A stretch of 64,000 nt of DNA from Chiloscyllium plagiosum (taxonomy: Eukaryota). The stretch is from contig NC_057725.1 in the NCBI RefSeq assembly GCF_004010195.1, forward strand, positions 68,678,890 through 68,742,889. The letters are read 5' to 3'. Below the pieces are notes generated by a model. The model had not been told where the DNA came from and did no database searches. It saw only the letters and a list, made by a program, of their open reading frames with translations. Made by a program: the position numbers and the translations under genes. Shown here one piece after another: positions 26,601 to 35,728 of the stretch (its first letter is position 1; each line of letters starts with the position of its first letter).

Positions 26601-29073
26601 ATGAGTGCACTCATTCATGGATATGTTGCATTGGTATTCACCAAGGAGAAGGACACAGATGGTGTTAAATTAGAAATGGGTATGCTGTTATTCTGGGGCA
26701 CTTTGACATTAAGGAGGACATGATGTTGGTGTCTTCAAAAACATTAAGGTAGATAAGTTTCCAGGGCCTGATAGGATCTGAGGGAGGCAAGGTAGGAGAT
26801 TGCTGAGGCCTTGACAGAGATCTTTGTATCCTTTTTAGCCAGAGGCAATATTGCAGAAGACTGGAGAATTGTCGATGTTGTTCTTTTGTTTAAGAAAGGC
26901 AACAGGGATAATGCAGGAAATTATAGGCCAGTGTCAGGGAAGTTATTGGAAAAGATTCATAGGGACAGCGTTTACTTGCATTTTGAGAAGAATGGACTTA
27001 TTAGGGACAAAAAGTGTGGCACTGGAAAAGCACAGCAGCTCAGGCAGCATCAGAGGAGGATGACAGTCGACATTTTGAGCATAAGCTCTTCATCAGTCCT
27101 CACTTCCTCCTTATTAGAGACAGACAGCATGGTTTTGTGTGGGGTAGGCCCTGTATCACAAACTTGACTGGGTTTTTTGAGGAAGTGACAAAAATATTTC
27201 ATGAGTGGAGGGCAGTGAATGTTGCACTTGTCTAAAGCAGAAAGATATTCTGGTCTTGAAGAGCGAAATTGCAAGAAAATCCCTGGTGTGTTGGCAAATT
27301 GGACATAAAATTGGCTTGCTCACAGAAGACAGAGGGTAGTTGGGGATGGGTGTTTTTTCTGACTTGAGGTCTATGACCATGATATCCCGCAAGGGTCAGT
27401 GCTGGGACCTCTGTTGTTTGCAGTGCATATAAATGATTTGGATGAAAATGTAGATGACCTGATTAGTAATTTTACAGATGACAAGGAAATCGGTGGAGTT
27501 GAGGATAGTGAGGCAGGTTATCAAAGGATACAACAGGATATAAACCAGGATAGAGTCAGGGTTGTACAGCATGGAAACAGATCACTTGGTTCAACACATC
27601 TGCCACAAACAAATGCCCTAAACTGATCTAGTCCCATTTGACAGCATTTGGCCTATATCGCTCTAAAGCCTTCCTATTCACATGCATCCAGATGGCTTTT
27701 AAATGTTGTAACTGTATTTGCCACCACCACCTCCTCTGGCAGCCTGTCCCATACACACACCCACCCTCTGCCTAAGTTGGAAAGATGGGCGGACAAATGG
27801 CGGATGGAGTTTAATCTGGACAAATGTGAGGTCATACATTTTGGTCAAATGCAAAAAGTAATGTACAGGAAATAGCAAGACCCTGAGGAGCATTGATATA
27901 CAAATGAATGTTCAGATACAAGTTCAGAGTTCCCCAAATGTGGCGATGCAAATGGTAAAGACAGCATACAGCATGCTGGTCTTCATCGTTCGGGAAACTG
28001 AGTATAAAAGTTGATAAGTGACATTGCAGCTGTATAAACCTTTATTTAGGCCACATTTAGACTATTATGTGCAGTTCTGATCACATTGTGTCAGCTGGTG
28101 GCTTTGGAGAGGGTGCAAAAGAGCTTTATCAGGCTGTTGCCAAGATTAGAATGTATTAGCTACAAGGAGAGGTTAGACAAACTTGGACTATATTCGCGAG
28201 AGTTGGAGGCTGAGGGGCAACCTGATAGAAATATATAAAATTATGAGAGATGTGGATAGATGGATAGACAGTGTCTTTGTCACAGGGTGAAAATATCAAA
28301 TATAGACTTAAGGTGAGATGGGGAAAGGTTTAAAGGAAATGTGCGAGGAATGTGTTTTGTTTTACACAGCGTGTGGTAAGTGCCAAGAACAAGCTGACAG
28401 GAGAGGTGGTAGAAGCAGATAGGATAGCAAGGTTTAAGAAGCAGAGAGATGAACAGTCAGATGGGATTAGTGTAGAATGGTCGACAGACATGGGGAGCTG
28501 AAGGGCCACTTCATGTGCTGTACTGTTCAATGTTGTGTGTTCAACATTCCCTCCCTTCACCACTGACAAACAGTGGCAACAGTGACTTAGGTACAGAGTA
28601 AGGATTTCTCCACTCTTTTAAACTGAAAGGAGAGCTTCCTCAACAATGTCCCCGTCGAACACTACCCAGAACAGGAACAAGTGTTAGATTAAAGCTCCCT
28701 ATCTCTCTCAAACTGAAAAAGTAATGCCTGCTATACTTTTTTTTAAACCTGGAGGCAAAGCTCCCTCAACACTGTCCCAAACACTGCCAGGACCAAGGAC
28801 ATTATGAAGTTAGATACAGAGTAATGTTCCCGTTGCCCTGCGCCTGTCAAACACTCCAAAGCAGTACTACAGTATAATATGAACGGCAGTGACTCTGTGG
28901 TGAAGAATGTGTTTGCTGAGTGCGTGTGGGCACTTGATGGACAGCAATCTCAGGAACGAACATTGACCTGCATCACTTCAGTACGCACCATATGTGAAGA
29001 GTCCGGGCAGCTGGAGAACTGGTCGTCTGAAGATGTTCCGACCCATCACTGGTGCAATGGGTTCATGGCCAAC
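5569..29073 (-). CDS. MTCH2: Mitochondrial carrier homolog 2 (SLC25A50), multi-exon CDS; 11 internal exons visible, first and last exons not found
   Basis: Exons 29073-28989, 25878-25772, 25120-25094, 24598-24542, 14469-14412, 14318-14267, 13007-12948, 11849-11750, 7504-7457, 6856-6789 and 5644-5569 are all AG/GT bounded and join in frame: [52 protein letters not shown]...REMIARSTATVVTHPFHVITLRCMVQFIGRETKY...[31 protein letters not shown]...SWIDCW. Recognised from memory of vertebrate MTCH2; REMIARS..THPFH favours MTCH2 over MTCH1. Confidence 0.95.
5995..6235 (+). repeat. Degenerate minisatellite (gagctttactctgtatctaacc...tttgatggggacag); related copies at 28570-28870 (-), 43795-43862 (-) and about 14830-14870
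   Basis: Repeated ctttactctgtatctaacc and tttgatggggaca motifs. Confidence 0.65.
6348..6665 (+). mobile_element. HE1-type V-SINE
   Basis: tRNA-like head with A box (tggcacagtgg) and B box (ggttcaatacc), central domain gggtttcctccgggtgctccggtttcctcccaca, LINE-like tail with (aatct)n. Confidence 0.92.
6789..6856 (-). CDS. MTCH2: MTCH2 exon 11
   Basis: ccttcacag|TTC...TGTGG|gtgagt; [23 protein letters not shown]. Confidence 0.95.
7457..7504 (-). CDS. MTCH2: MTCH2 exon 10
   Basis: gttctag|GGC...GGG|gtgagt; GSQIGELRSYSQAVTG. Confidence 0.93.
7900..10785 (+). mobile_element. CR1 LINE ORF2 (APE endonuclease + RT), disrupted
   Basis: DVVAISETW, DLVLGSEPGQV, VPEDWRIGNVVPL, QHGFVKGRSCLTNL, KFADDTK, RPHLEYCVQFW; frameshifts and stops. 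Confidence 0.92.
11750..11849 (-). CDS. MTCH2: MTCH2 exon 9
   Basis: tctttgcag|T...CAG|gtaggt; GLFPRLLGDVISLWLCNMLAYLINTYALEPPSQ. Confidence 0.95.
11870..12070 (+). repeat. Degenerate ~38-bp tandem repeat (about 5 units)
   Basis: Recurrent agattcacac...cacactgggctcagaga. Confidence 0.65.
12101..12259. mobile_element. Penelope-derived inverted-repeat insertion (contains gap)
   Basis: atggaaatgtgttgctggaaaagcgcag mirrored by ctgcgcttttccagcaacacatttccat; flanked by direct repeat agactacagcggag. Confidence 0.75.
12948..13007 (-). CDS. MTCH2: MTCH2 exon 8
   Basis: ctttacag|T...TTTGC|gtaagt; GLFGSIVTIYEEEGFFGFFA. Confidence 0.95.
13878..14170 (+). mobile_element. HE1-type V-SINE
   Basis: Same head, central domain and (aatct)n tail as 6348-6665. 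Confidence 0.92.
14267..14318 (-). CDS. MTCH2: MTCH2 exon 7
   Basis: cccttgcag|TA...TACAG|gtcagt; VITLRCMVQFIGRETKYS. Confidence 0.95.
14412..14469 (-). CDS. MTCH2: MTCH2 exon 6
   Basis: gtgtctag|ACG...CACG|gtaagt; TMREMIARSTATVVTHPFH. Confidence 0.95.
16802..20917 (+). mobile_element. Gmr1-like Gypsy LTR retrotransposon, decayed, with RT/RNaseH largely deleted
   Basis: 5' LTR TG..CA 16802-17425; gag with CFYCNKVGH knuckle (~18680), protease LRDTG (~18960), integrase HELPVGGHLG...CHTC plus core (19366-19950), start of RT PIKQHPY (~20620); partial 3' LTR ~20805-20917; GGGG duplication on both flanks. Confidence 0.88.
21343..21665 (+). mobile_element. Young 5'-truncated CR1 3' end nested in an older CR1
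   Basis: ORF2 C-terminus (TRGHNFKLRGG...WNALP) and (tatgttc)n tail interrupting the host ORF2. Confidence 0.85.
23720..24248 (-). mobile_element. HE1-type V-SINE interrupted by a Penelope-derived palindrome
   Basis: Reverse complement of the HE1 tail, centre and head; head split at 23993-24209. Confidence 0.88.
23993..24209. mobile_element. Penelope-derived palindromic insertion with hammerhead-like core
   Basis: Perfect ~88-bp inverted repeat centred near 24082; 15-bp target duplication aggcagcaatgctaa (23978-23992 / 24210-24224). Confidence 0.85.
24542..24598 (-). CDS. MTCH2: MTCH2 exon 5
   Basis: gacttgcag|TGC...GAG|gtaaga; CTEMEKIGEEPSLHRVFEE. Confidence 0.85.
24790..25060 (+). repeat. 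Degenerate minisatellite (aataacagatac..ggagtgagtta..ctggaatctaatcgagggg)
   Basis: About four decayed units. Confidence 0.65.
25094..25120 (-). CDS. MTCH2: MTCH2 exon 4 (27-nt microexon)
   Basis: tttttgttacag|AGC...GAG|gtaagt; SYQEMKENE. Confidence 0.88.
25772..25878 (-). CDS. MTCH2: MTCH2 exon 3
   Basis: cttgcag|CC...CTACAG|gtagct; [36 protein letters not shown]. Confidence 0.95.
26190..28540 (+). mobile_element. Decayed CR1 LINE ORF2 with nested small insertions (~27010-27110 Penelope-like end; ~27548-27770 antisense CR1-like 3' end)
   Basis: EDWRIVDVVLLFKKGNRDNAGNYRPVS, QHGFVWGRPCITNL, LGPLLFAVHINDLD; the 27 kb insert is flanked by cttattag(g/a)gaca. Confidence 0.85.
28989..29073 (-). 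CDS. MTCH2: MTCH2 exon 2
   Basis: ctctag|GTTGGC...ACATATG|gtgcgt; [28 protein letters not shown]. Confidence 0.93.
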
Positions 29074-30070
29074 CTAGAGTAAGCAGATAAATAATTTCAG
29101 CAACTTGGATTACAAAATCAATTTGAAGGGAGGACATCAAATCGAAGGCAGCTATCCTGACAAGCAGCCCACCCTCCGAGTGGCACAGCCTACTCTGTGA
29201 CAGATTTCAAAAGGGTGTTGAGTTTCTCTTCACCTTACACCCAATACTAATCCCTCAATGAGAATCTACGGGAATAAAAACAAAAGCAAAATACTGCAGG
29301 TGATGAAAATCTGAAAGAGTGCTGGAACTCCTTAGCAGTTCGGCCAGTATCACTAGAGGAGAGAAGAAGCAGACATTTCATATCAACAACTCTTCTTCAG
29401 AACTGGGGAAATCTGGAAGGGTAGGCTAGTGATAGGGCAGGAGATGGGAGACGCTGAATGATCAAAGAGTTGGCGGGAAGAACTGATGGAAGTGGGAATA
29501 GGACAAAACAACAATAGGTACAGAGGAGGTGTGGATGGCATAAAACTAAACCCCTGGATGAACTGGTCATTGTAACATTGCTTTTTGGGGGATCTCGCTG
29601 TGTAGAAATGGGTCACCCTGTTTTCTAAATTTGAAAGTATTGGAACTTGGCTGTGAAGTGCTTTGCAATCCTAGAGATTACAAAAGGCACAAGGGAAAGC
29701 CAGCCTCTATCTTTCAGAGTTGTGGAACTGCTAATTGCAGAGTGGGTGCTGGGCCAGGTTTGTGACTACTGCTATCAAACTGAGAGAGACACTCTGACAA
29801 ACACACAGTGCCTTAAAATAGCCCAGTCACAATGTGCAAGACACATTTATTTTCTTCCCCATAATTAGTTTGTGCAGTGCTTTTAACCAAGTGCAGGTCC
29901 CACCCGGGGCCAAGCATTGCTTCTAGCATTGGGTCTGGCTCCTACTGGACCTCTAATTACAGCCTGCTCATTGTATCCCTTTAACCTCACTGCTCGTTCC
30001 TAGAATCCAGTGCAAACAGTTACCACCTGCAGGTCAGTGACTGGATATTATCCAGAGTCAGCACCTTCTG

Positions 30071-30104
<34 letters not shown>

Positions 30105-31739
30105 CCAAATGGCCCATTCTGATTTCTGGACATATTGCCAGCATGGAGTTGGGCAGACAGCACCACCTTCACTGAACAGGAGGGGGTGTCGCACATCAGC
30201 CCCAAATGTATTGTGCTGGTAGACAGTCACTCGACAGTGATTGGCCACGGATGGGTTTGCATGCCCCTGTCACTTTAATGCCAAGACCCACTGTGGTGCC
30301 CCTCTGACCAACTGAGAGCCAGTAACTTGGCACCAGGTCCTCACTGGCACAGCCAGAAGCTGAGCTGGTAATGGAAAGCTACACTCCACTACTACCTGCC
30401 AATAAGAATTTGTCAATCAAAACAGACAAAAACCGAAGATAATAAAATGTTTGTTAGATAAGGCTATTGAGGGTTAAGGTAATAAATATCAGAGCAGGAT
30501 TGAGAGAGAGAGAGAGAGAATGCCCTCCACCTATTCCTAGATTTCTCTGGGTGCAACTTTCAGGGAAACCGAATAATGCACAAACTTTTTGCATGACCTT
30601 GCATGAATTAATCTTAACTCATAACCAGGTTAATGGTTTCAATGTAGTAACTGAAGAAGGACTAAGTTAAAATAACTGAATGAAATTATTAAATATCTGC
30701 CTCTAAGTTCTTAATGCCTGCTGAAATGGTCATGGCATTTGCAGAAGTTAGAGCAGACAGAAATCATAGTATAAAGTTGTGCAAGATTACATGCATCCAA
30801 CCAATAACAGGCAAGGTTTTGCCCATTTTCCGAAAGCATTAATGAAGAGGTGGGTTCAAAGCGCCTGGGTGAAATTCCCTTTGCCCTTGCTGCCACCAAC
30901 ACTGAATGCCAGCCTCTGGTGTAGTCACAGTTGGGATCTTGATCGAGAGTCATAAGCAGCACTCAGGTATGGAGGAGAAAATGGAAAAACCGCTGATGCA
31001 ACCCAATGCCGTATTTTGTACACAACGTAAATTACGAGTTGGGTTATATAATTTTTGGCTTCTGGGTTTGCTTATGTGAATCATCTTATTTGAAAAGAAA
31101 TCCAAATCATAGCTTAGCCGGTACAAAACGGTCTAACAGTGTGATATTTTACAACCCGTGACAAGATGCGAGGCCGTCTTAGGAGTAATTTAACAAGCTT
31201 AGCTACTTCACCAAAAGCACAAGTCCAAAGCTACGGGAAAAGACTCTGTTGGGGAAGTGACTGTGGTTGAAATTCTGACAAGAGCACTCTGACGTCCTTT
31301 GCAGACAGGGGCAAAAGCACTCTTTCACCTCGTTGTTAGGTCTCTTTTCATTGCCCATCAGCTCATTTTTACTTTACAAGGTAATGAAAATCGCTATACT
31401 GAGAAAAGGATCCAACTTTCTAACTATAGTTGAGCCAAGCCTGGTGTGGCTCTGTGGACACATTTACTTGCATCAACATTTTCTTAAATTACACTTGAGC
31501 CTCTTGTGGTTTCACCCCTAGCATTAAATAAATCCGCAATGGTGACATGGGGAGGTACTATACTGAGGACATTCATTCCTCCACTGAAGAATGGAGGAAA
31601 GGGCACAGATTATACATTGAGGGGGATGACTCCTGCAGAGATGGCAGTTACAGAAGTCTGAGAACAGGTCAAATTGATGTGATGGTCTGCTATAAAGAAA
31701 CAGGAGAGAAACTAAAGGACAGCTAGCCCCAAAATCTCA

Positions 31740-32690
31740 CTTAAAGTGAAAGACTTAATAGACAAAGGAGGGTGTAAAAAGGGTGGTGGTGTACCACTAT
31801 TAAGGAGTCAACTACTGGAATAAGGAGAGTAGATATCCTGGAAGGGTCCTCAAACAAGGCTTTGTGGATAGAACATAGGAATGTTTCAGGGGCAGCTACA
31901 TTACTGGGAGTGTATTACAGGCCAAGGAAGCAGGAAATAGAGGAGCAAATGTGTACAGTTCACGGAGGTAAGAGTAATAATTTGGTAATTAAAGTAGGAG
32001 ATTCCATCTTTCGCAACATAAATTAGGATAGTCATAGTGTTAAGAGTTTAGAGAGAGTGGATTTCTTGTAATGTATCCAGGGGAGGTTTTCTTGTATTAA
32101 TATGTAGAATGCCTAATAAGGGATGGTGCAGTGCTGGATCTGCTTCTGGGGAAAGAAACCAACCAAGTGTTCGATGTGGCGGCGGGGAAACATTTAGACG
32201 ATAGTGATCACAACATGGTACAGTTCAAATTTGTTATACACAAGGAAAAGGAAGGCCTGTAAAGAACACCTTTGGACTGGGGGAAGACAGATTTTTATTA
32301 AAATAAAGCAGGATCTGGCCACAGTAGACTGGGAACAGCTCGTTGTGAGGGTAAGTCTACGGTGGAGCAATGGTGTGGGCGGGAGGGGGCCATTCAAACA
32401 CAACCTGGTGAAAGTACAGGCCCAACATGTACCCTCTATTGGGAAATGTAGAAGCAATAATTTCAAATAATCCTGGATGTCTGGGACAATTCATGGCTGG
32501 ATAAGGAAGAGAACTAGGGCTTTTAGCAAGTTTAAAGGGTGCAATTCAGCTGCAGCTTTTGAGGAATACAGGAACTACAGGTGGGAACTTAAGAAAGCAA
32601 TTAGAAGAGCAAAATATGGGCATGAAAAAGGATTTGGGAACAATATTTGGGATGATAGCAATGGAAGACAGAGACCAAACATATTCTGAT
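31740..32690 (+). mobile_element. Old CR1 endonuclease-region fragment just upstream of the sPLA2
   Basis: GGGV.LL, LLGVYYRP, AVLDLLLGKE..QV, DSDHNMV remnants. Confidence 0.75.
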
Positions 32691-32969
32691 AGAACAGGAA
32701 ACATTCACTACATTTGTCTAAACACTGCCTGCAACTAATTTTAGACACAGCCATACCTACAATCATCCTTTTTTAAAATCCTTTCATCCAAAGCAAAGAA
32801 GCTGTCTTTTTGCCTGTACTTGGAACAGTCCTGCTAAAATGAATATTTAGAACCAAATTCCTTGGGATGCGCAGCCATCAAAAACTAAACTTCAGAGGCA
32901 CCATGAGATGGGGGAAGGGCCAGGGATCACATGATACCACGGAAGGGAGGGAAGAAATACAGGGCTTGA

Positions 32970-32975
32970 TATAAA
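32970..32975 (+). promoter_or_regulatory. Candidate TATA box of the sPLA2 gene
   Basis: TATAAA about 40 nt upstream of the ATG at 33011; positional inference only. Confidence 0.4.
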
Positions 32976-33010
32976 CCAGGACAACACAGAGTAGCAACAC
33001 AGAGGAGAAC

Positions 33011-33559
33011 ATGAGGAGGATGAGGACGAGCAGATTCTTAGTGATGGTTCTACCTGCAGTCATCTGGTTATGCCTGTGCCCCACAGCTGAACAGCGTCCT
33101 GGTGCAACCCGACAGCGGCGAGGCCTCTTTGACATGGCCATGACTCTGTGGTGTTACCGCTCCAAGCTGGGAATCTCCCTCCTCAAGCTACACAACTATG
33201 GCTGCTATTGTGGGACAGGCGGTTCGAGTAGGCCTGTCGATCAGGTGGACCAGTGCTGTTTCCTCCATGATTGCTGCTACTACCACACTAGAGTGATATT
33301 GGGCTGTCACAGCCAGGTCAAGTGGAGCACGTACAACTTCACATGCAAGAAGGCACAGACAGAGTGCAAGGGCCAGACTGTGTGCACCAGGATGTCATGT
33401 GAATGTGACAGGGCCTTTGCAGAGTGTTTGTCCCGGGCAAAACCCAGCGACATGCATTACTTCTACAAGACGCGATTCTGCAAGGAGAACAAATCCGTCT
33501 GCCCAGCCACCTTCCCCAACTCCTCCACCATCATGGACTGGATCAAACAAGGCAGTTAA
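33011..33559 (+). CDS. Secreted phospholipase A2, group X-like, single coding exon (182 aa)
   Basis: Hydrophobic signal peptide, propeptide ending RQRR, Ca2+ loop YGCYCGTGG, catalytic CCFLHDCCY (His48/Asp49/Tyr52), CECD (Asp99), 16 Cys in the mature chain; uninterrupted ORF. Confidence 0.93.
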   Translation: MRRMRTSRFLVMVLPAVIWLCLCPTAEQRPGATRQRRGLFDMAMTLWCYRSKLGISLLKLHNYGCYCGTGGSSRPVDQVDQCCFLHDCCYYHTRVILGCHSQVKWSTYNFTCKKAQTECKGQTVCTRMSCECDRAFAECLSRAKPSDMHYFYKTRFCKENKSVCPATFPNSSTIMDWIKQGS

Positions 33560-33857
33560 ATGCAGGCCATCTCTGTCACAAGGAAGAAATGGCAATCTCC
33601 CGCCTAATCTGGCTTTTTTCTGGCCATGTTGTGCAATTGGAAATCCACCTGCCTCATATGAACCCAGAGAGGACAGCTGCATCTGCCACAGGCAGGAGAC
33701 AACTTTGGCAGGGGATTGAGTGCACAGTTACACCATCCAAACTGACATTCATGACTTTGAAACAGAAACTGCCATTCGCTTGAAGGTACTGTTTTAAACT
33801 AAGTATGGGTTACACTCAAATGTTATTATATCACTGTACCATTTTCAGCTTCTTCTA

Positions 33858-33863
33858 AATAAA
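33858..33863 (+). promoter_or_regulatory. Candidate polyadenylation signal of the sPLA2 gene
   Basis: AATAAA about 300 nt after the stop, followed by GT-rich sequence (tgaatgtgttaagtgt). Confidence 0.55.
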
Positions 33864-34094
33864 AGTTACTTGAATGTGTTAAGTGTACCAGTATCGTCCA
33901 GCTGGTTCAGGTCATCAGCTCTGCTTAATGTCACGGACTCATACACAGCAGGTCACTTAGTCTGACTGCTCCTCTCAAGCTCTTTTACAGGTTTCTACAA
34001 AACCCTCCTTCATTCTTCCAAATTCCAGTGAAAATACTCGTTAATGATTCTGTCTCTCTTCATACATTGATTCCTGAGATGGCCGGACTGGACT

Positions 34095-34700
34095 GGTAAA
34101 TCTTTGTTGCACAGTCTTCCTCAGAGCACAAAATTACACACTATACTCCAGATATGGTCCCACCAAGTACAATTGTACTTGAATCATCTTGCTATGAAAG
34201 CCAACATTCGATTTGCTTTCTTTAGCACCTGCTGCATCTGCATGTTTACTTTTAGGACACCCAGGGCTCATTGCACCTTCCTCTTTCCCAATATATTGCT
34301 ATTCCAATAATAATCTGCCTTCCTGTTTCAGCTACCAAAGTGGACATCCACACATTTATGCACGTATTTCATCTGCAATGCAATTGCCCACATATCCAAA
34401 TTATACTGAAGAATTTTCCCATTTCCCTCAGAGTTCACCCTCCCACCCAGTTTTGGTTTATATGCAAACATTAATTACATGTAGTTTGCTCACCTATTTA
34501 TCACTGTTGTGAATCGTTGATCCCTGATGTACCCTAATCGTCACTAGCTGCCATTCAGAAATTGTTCTGTTTATTCCTACTTTGCTTCATGTCTGCCAAC
34601 CAGTTCTCTATCCAGGTCACTAACCCCAATCCCATTCGGTTTGATTTTACATGCTAATCTCTTGTGTGGATGCTTATCAAAAGCCTTCTGAGTGCCAGAA
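34095..34700 (-). mobile_element. Old CR1 RT fragment
   Basis: Minus-strand QKAFDKHPHKRLACKIK and LEYSV remnants. Confidence 0.7.
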
Positions 34701-35032
34701 ATATCAAACAGAACAAAAGAGACATTCACTAGGCTTTTCAATAAACTCAAAAATAACATGATTATAGGAGACAATCATACTCTTCAAATAACACAGATGA
34801 TCAAAAATTTCAGTCCCACTACATCCCCTTAATAATCCAAGATGGAGGACGGGGAAAATTTCTGGCTGCAACAGGCTACTCCTTTTTTTTGAGATATTTG
34901 GAGGTGATTTCCTCGAATTCGAGGAGCAGCAATTACTGTTTTATATGCTGTCGCATTGTTTTGCAACTTTTGGAGAAAAAAAAGTCAAAACAATAGCACA
35001 GTTAAAAGGGAGAAGAACAGACAACGCAGTGC

Positions 35033-35728
35033 AGGGAGCGCGCGAGCGAGAGAGGGAGCGCGCGAGCGAGAGAGGGAGCGCGCGAGCGAGAGAGGGAGCG
35101 CGCGAGCGAGAGAGGGAGCGCGCGAGCGAGAGAGGGAGCGCGCGAGCGAGAGAGGGAGCGCGCGAGCGAGAGAGGGAGCGCGCGAGCGAGAGAGGGAGCG
35201 CGCGAGCGAGAGAGGGAGCGCGCGAGCGAGAGAGGGAGCGCGCGAGCGAGAGAGGGAGCGCGCGAGCGAGAGAGGGAGCGCGCGAGCGAGAGAGGGAGCG
35301 CGCGAGCGAGAGAGGGAGCGCGCGAGCGAGAGAGGGAGCGCGCGAGCGAGAGAGGGAGCGCGCGAGCGAGAGAGGGAGCGCGCGAGCGAGAGAGGGAGCG
35401 CGCGAGCGAGAGAGGGAGCGCGCGAGCGAGAGAGGGAGCGCGCGAGCGAGAGAGGGAGCGCGCGAGCGAGAGAGGGAGCGCGCGAGCGAGAGAGGGAGCG
35501 CGCGAGCGAGAGAGGGAGCGCGCGAGCGAGAGAGGGAGCGCGCGAGCGAGAGAGGGAGCGCGCGAGCGAGAGAGGGAGCGCGCGAGCGAGAGAGGGAGCG
35601 CGCGAGCGAGAGAGGGAGCGCGCGAGCGAGAGAGGGAGCGCGCGAGCGAGAGAGGGAGCGCGCGAGCGAGAGAGGGAGCGCGCGAGCGAGAGAGGGAGCG
35701 CGCGAGCGAGAGAGCGCGCGAGCGAGAG
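35033..35728 (+). repeat. Perfect 20-bp tandem repeat (CGCGAGCGAGAGAGGGAGCG), about 34 copies
   Basis: Identical 60-nt lines from 35041 to 35700. Confidence 0.97.
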
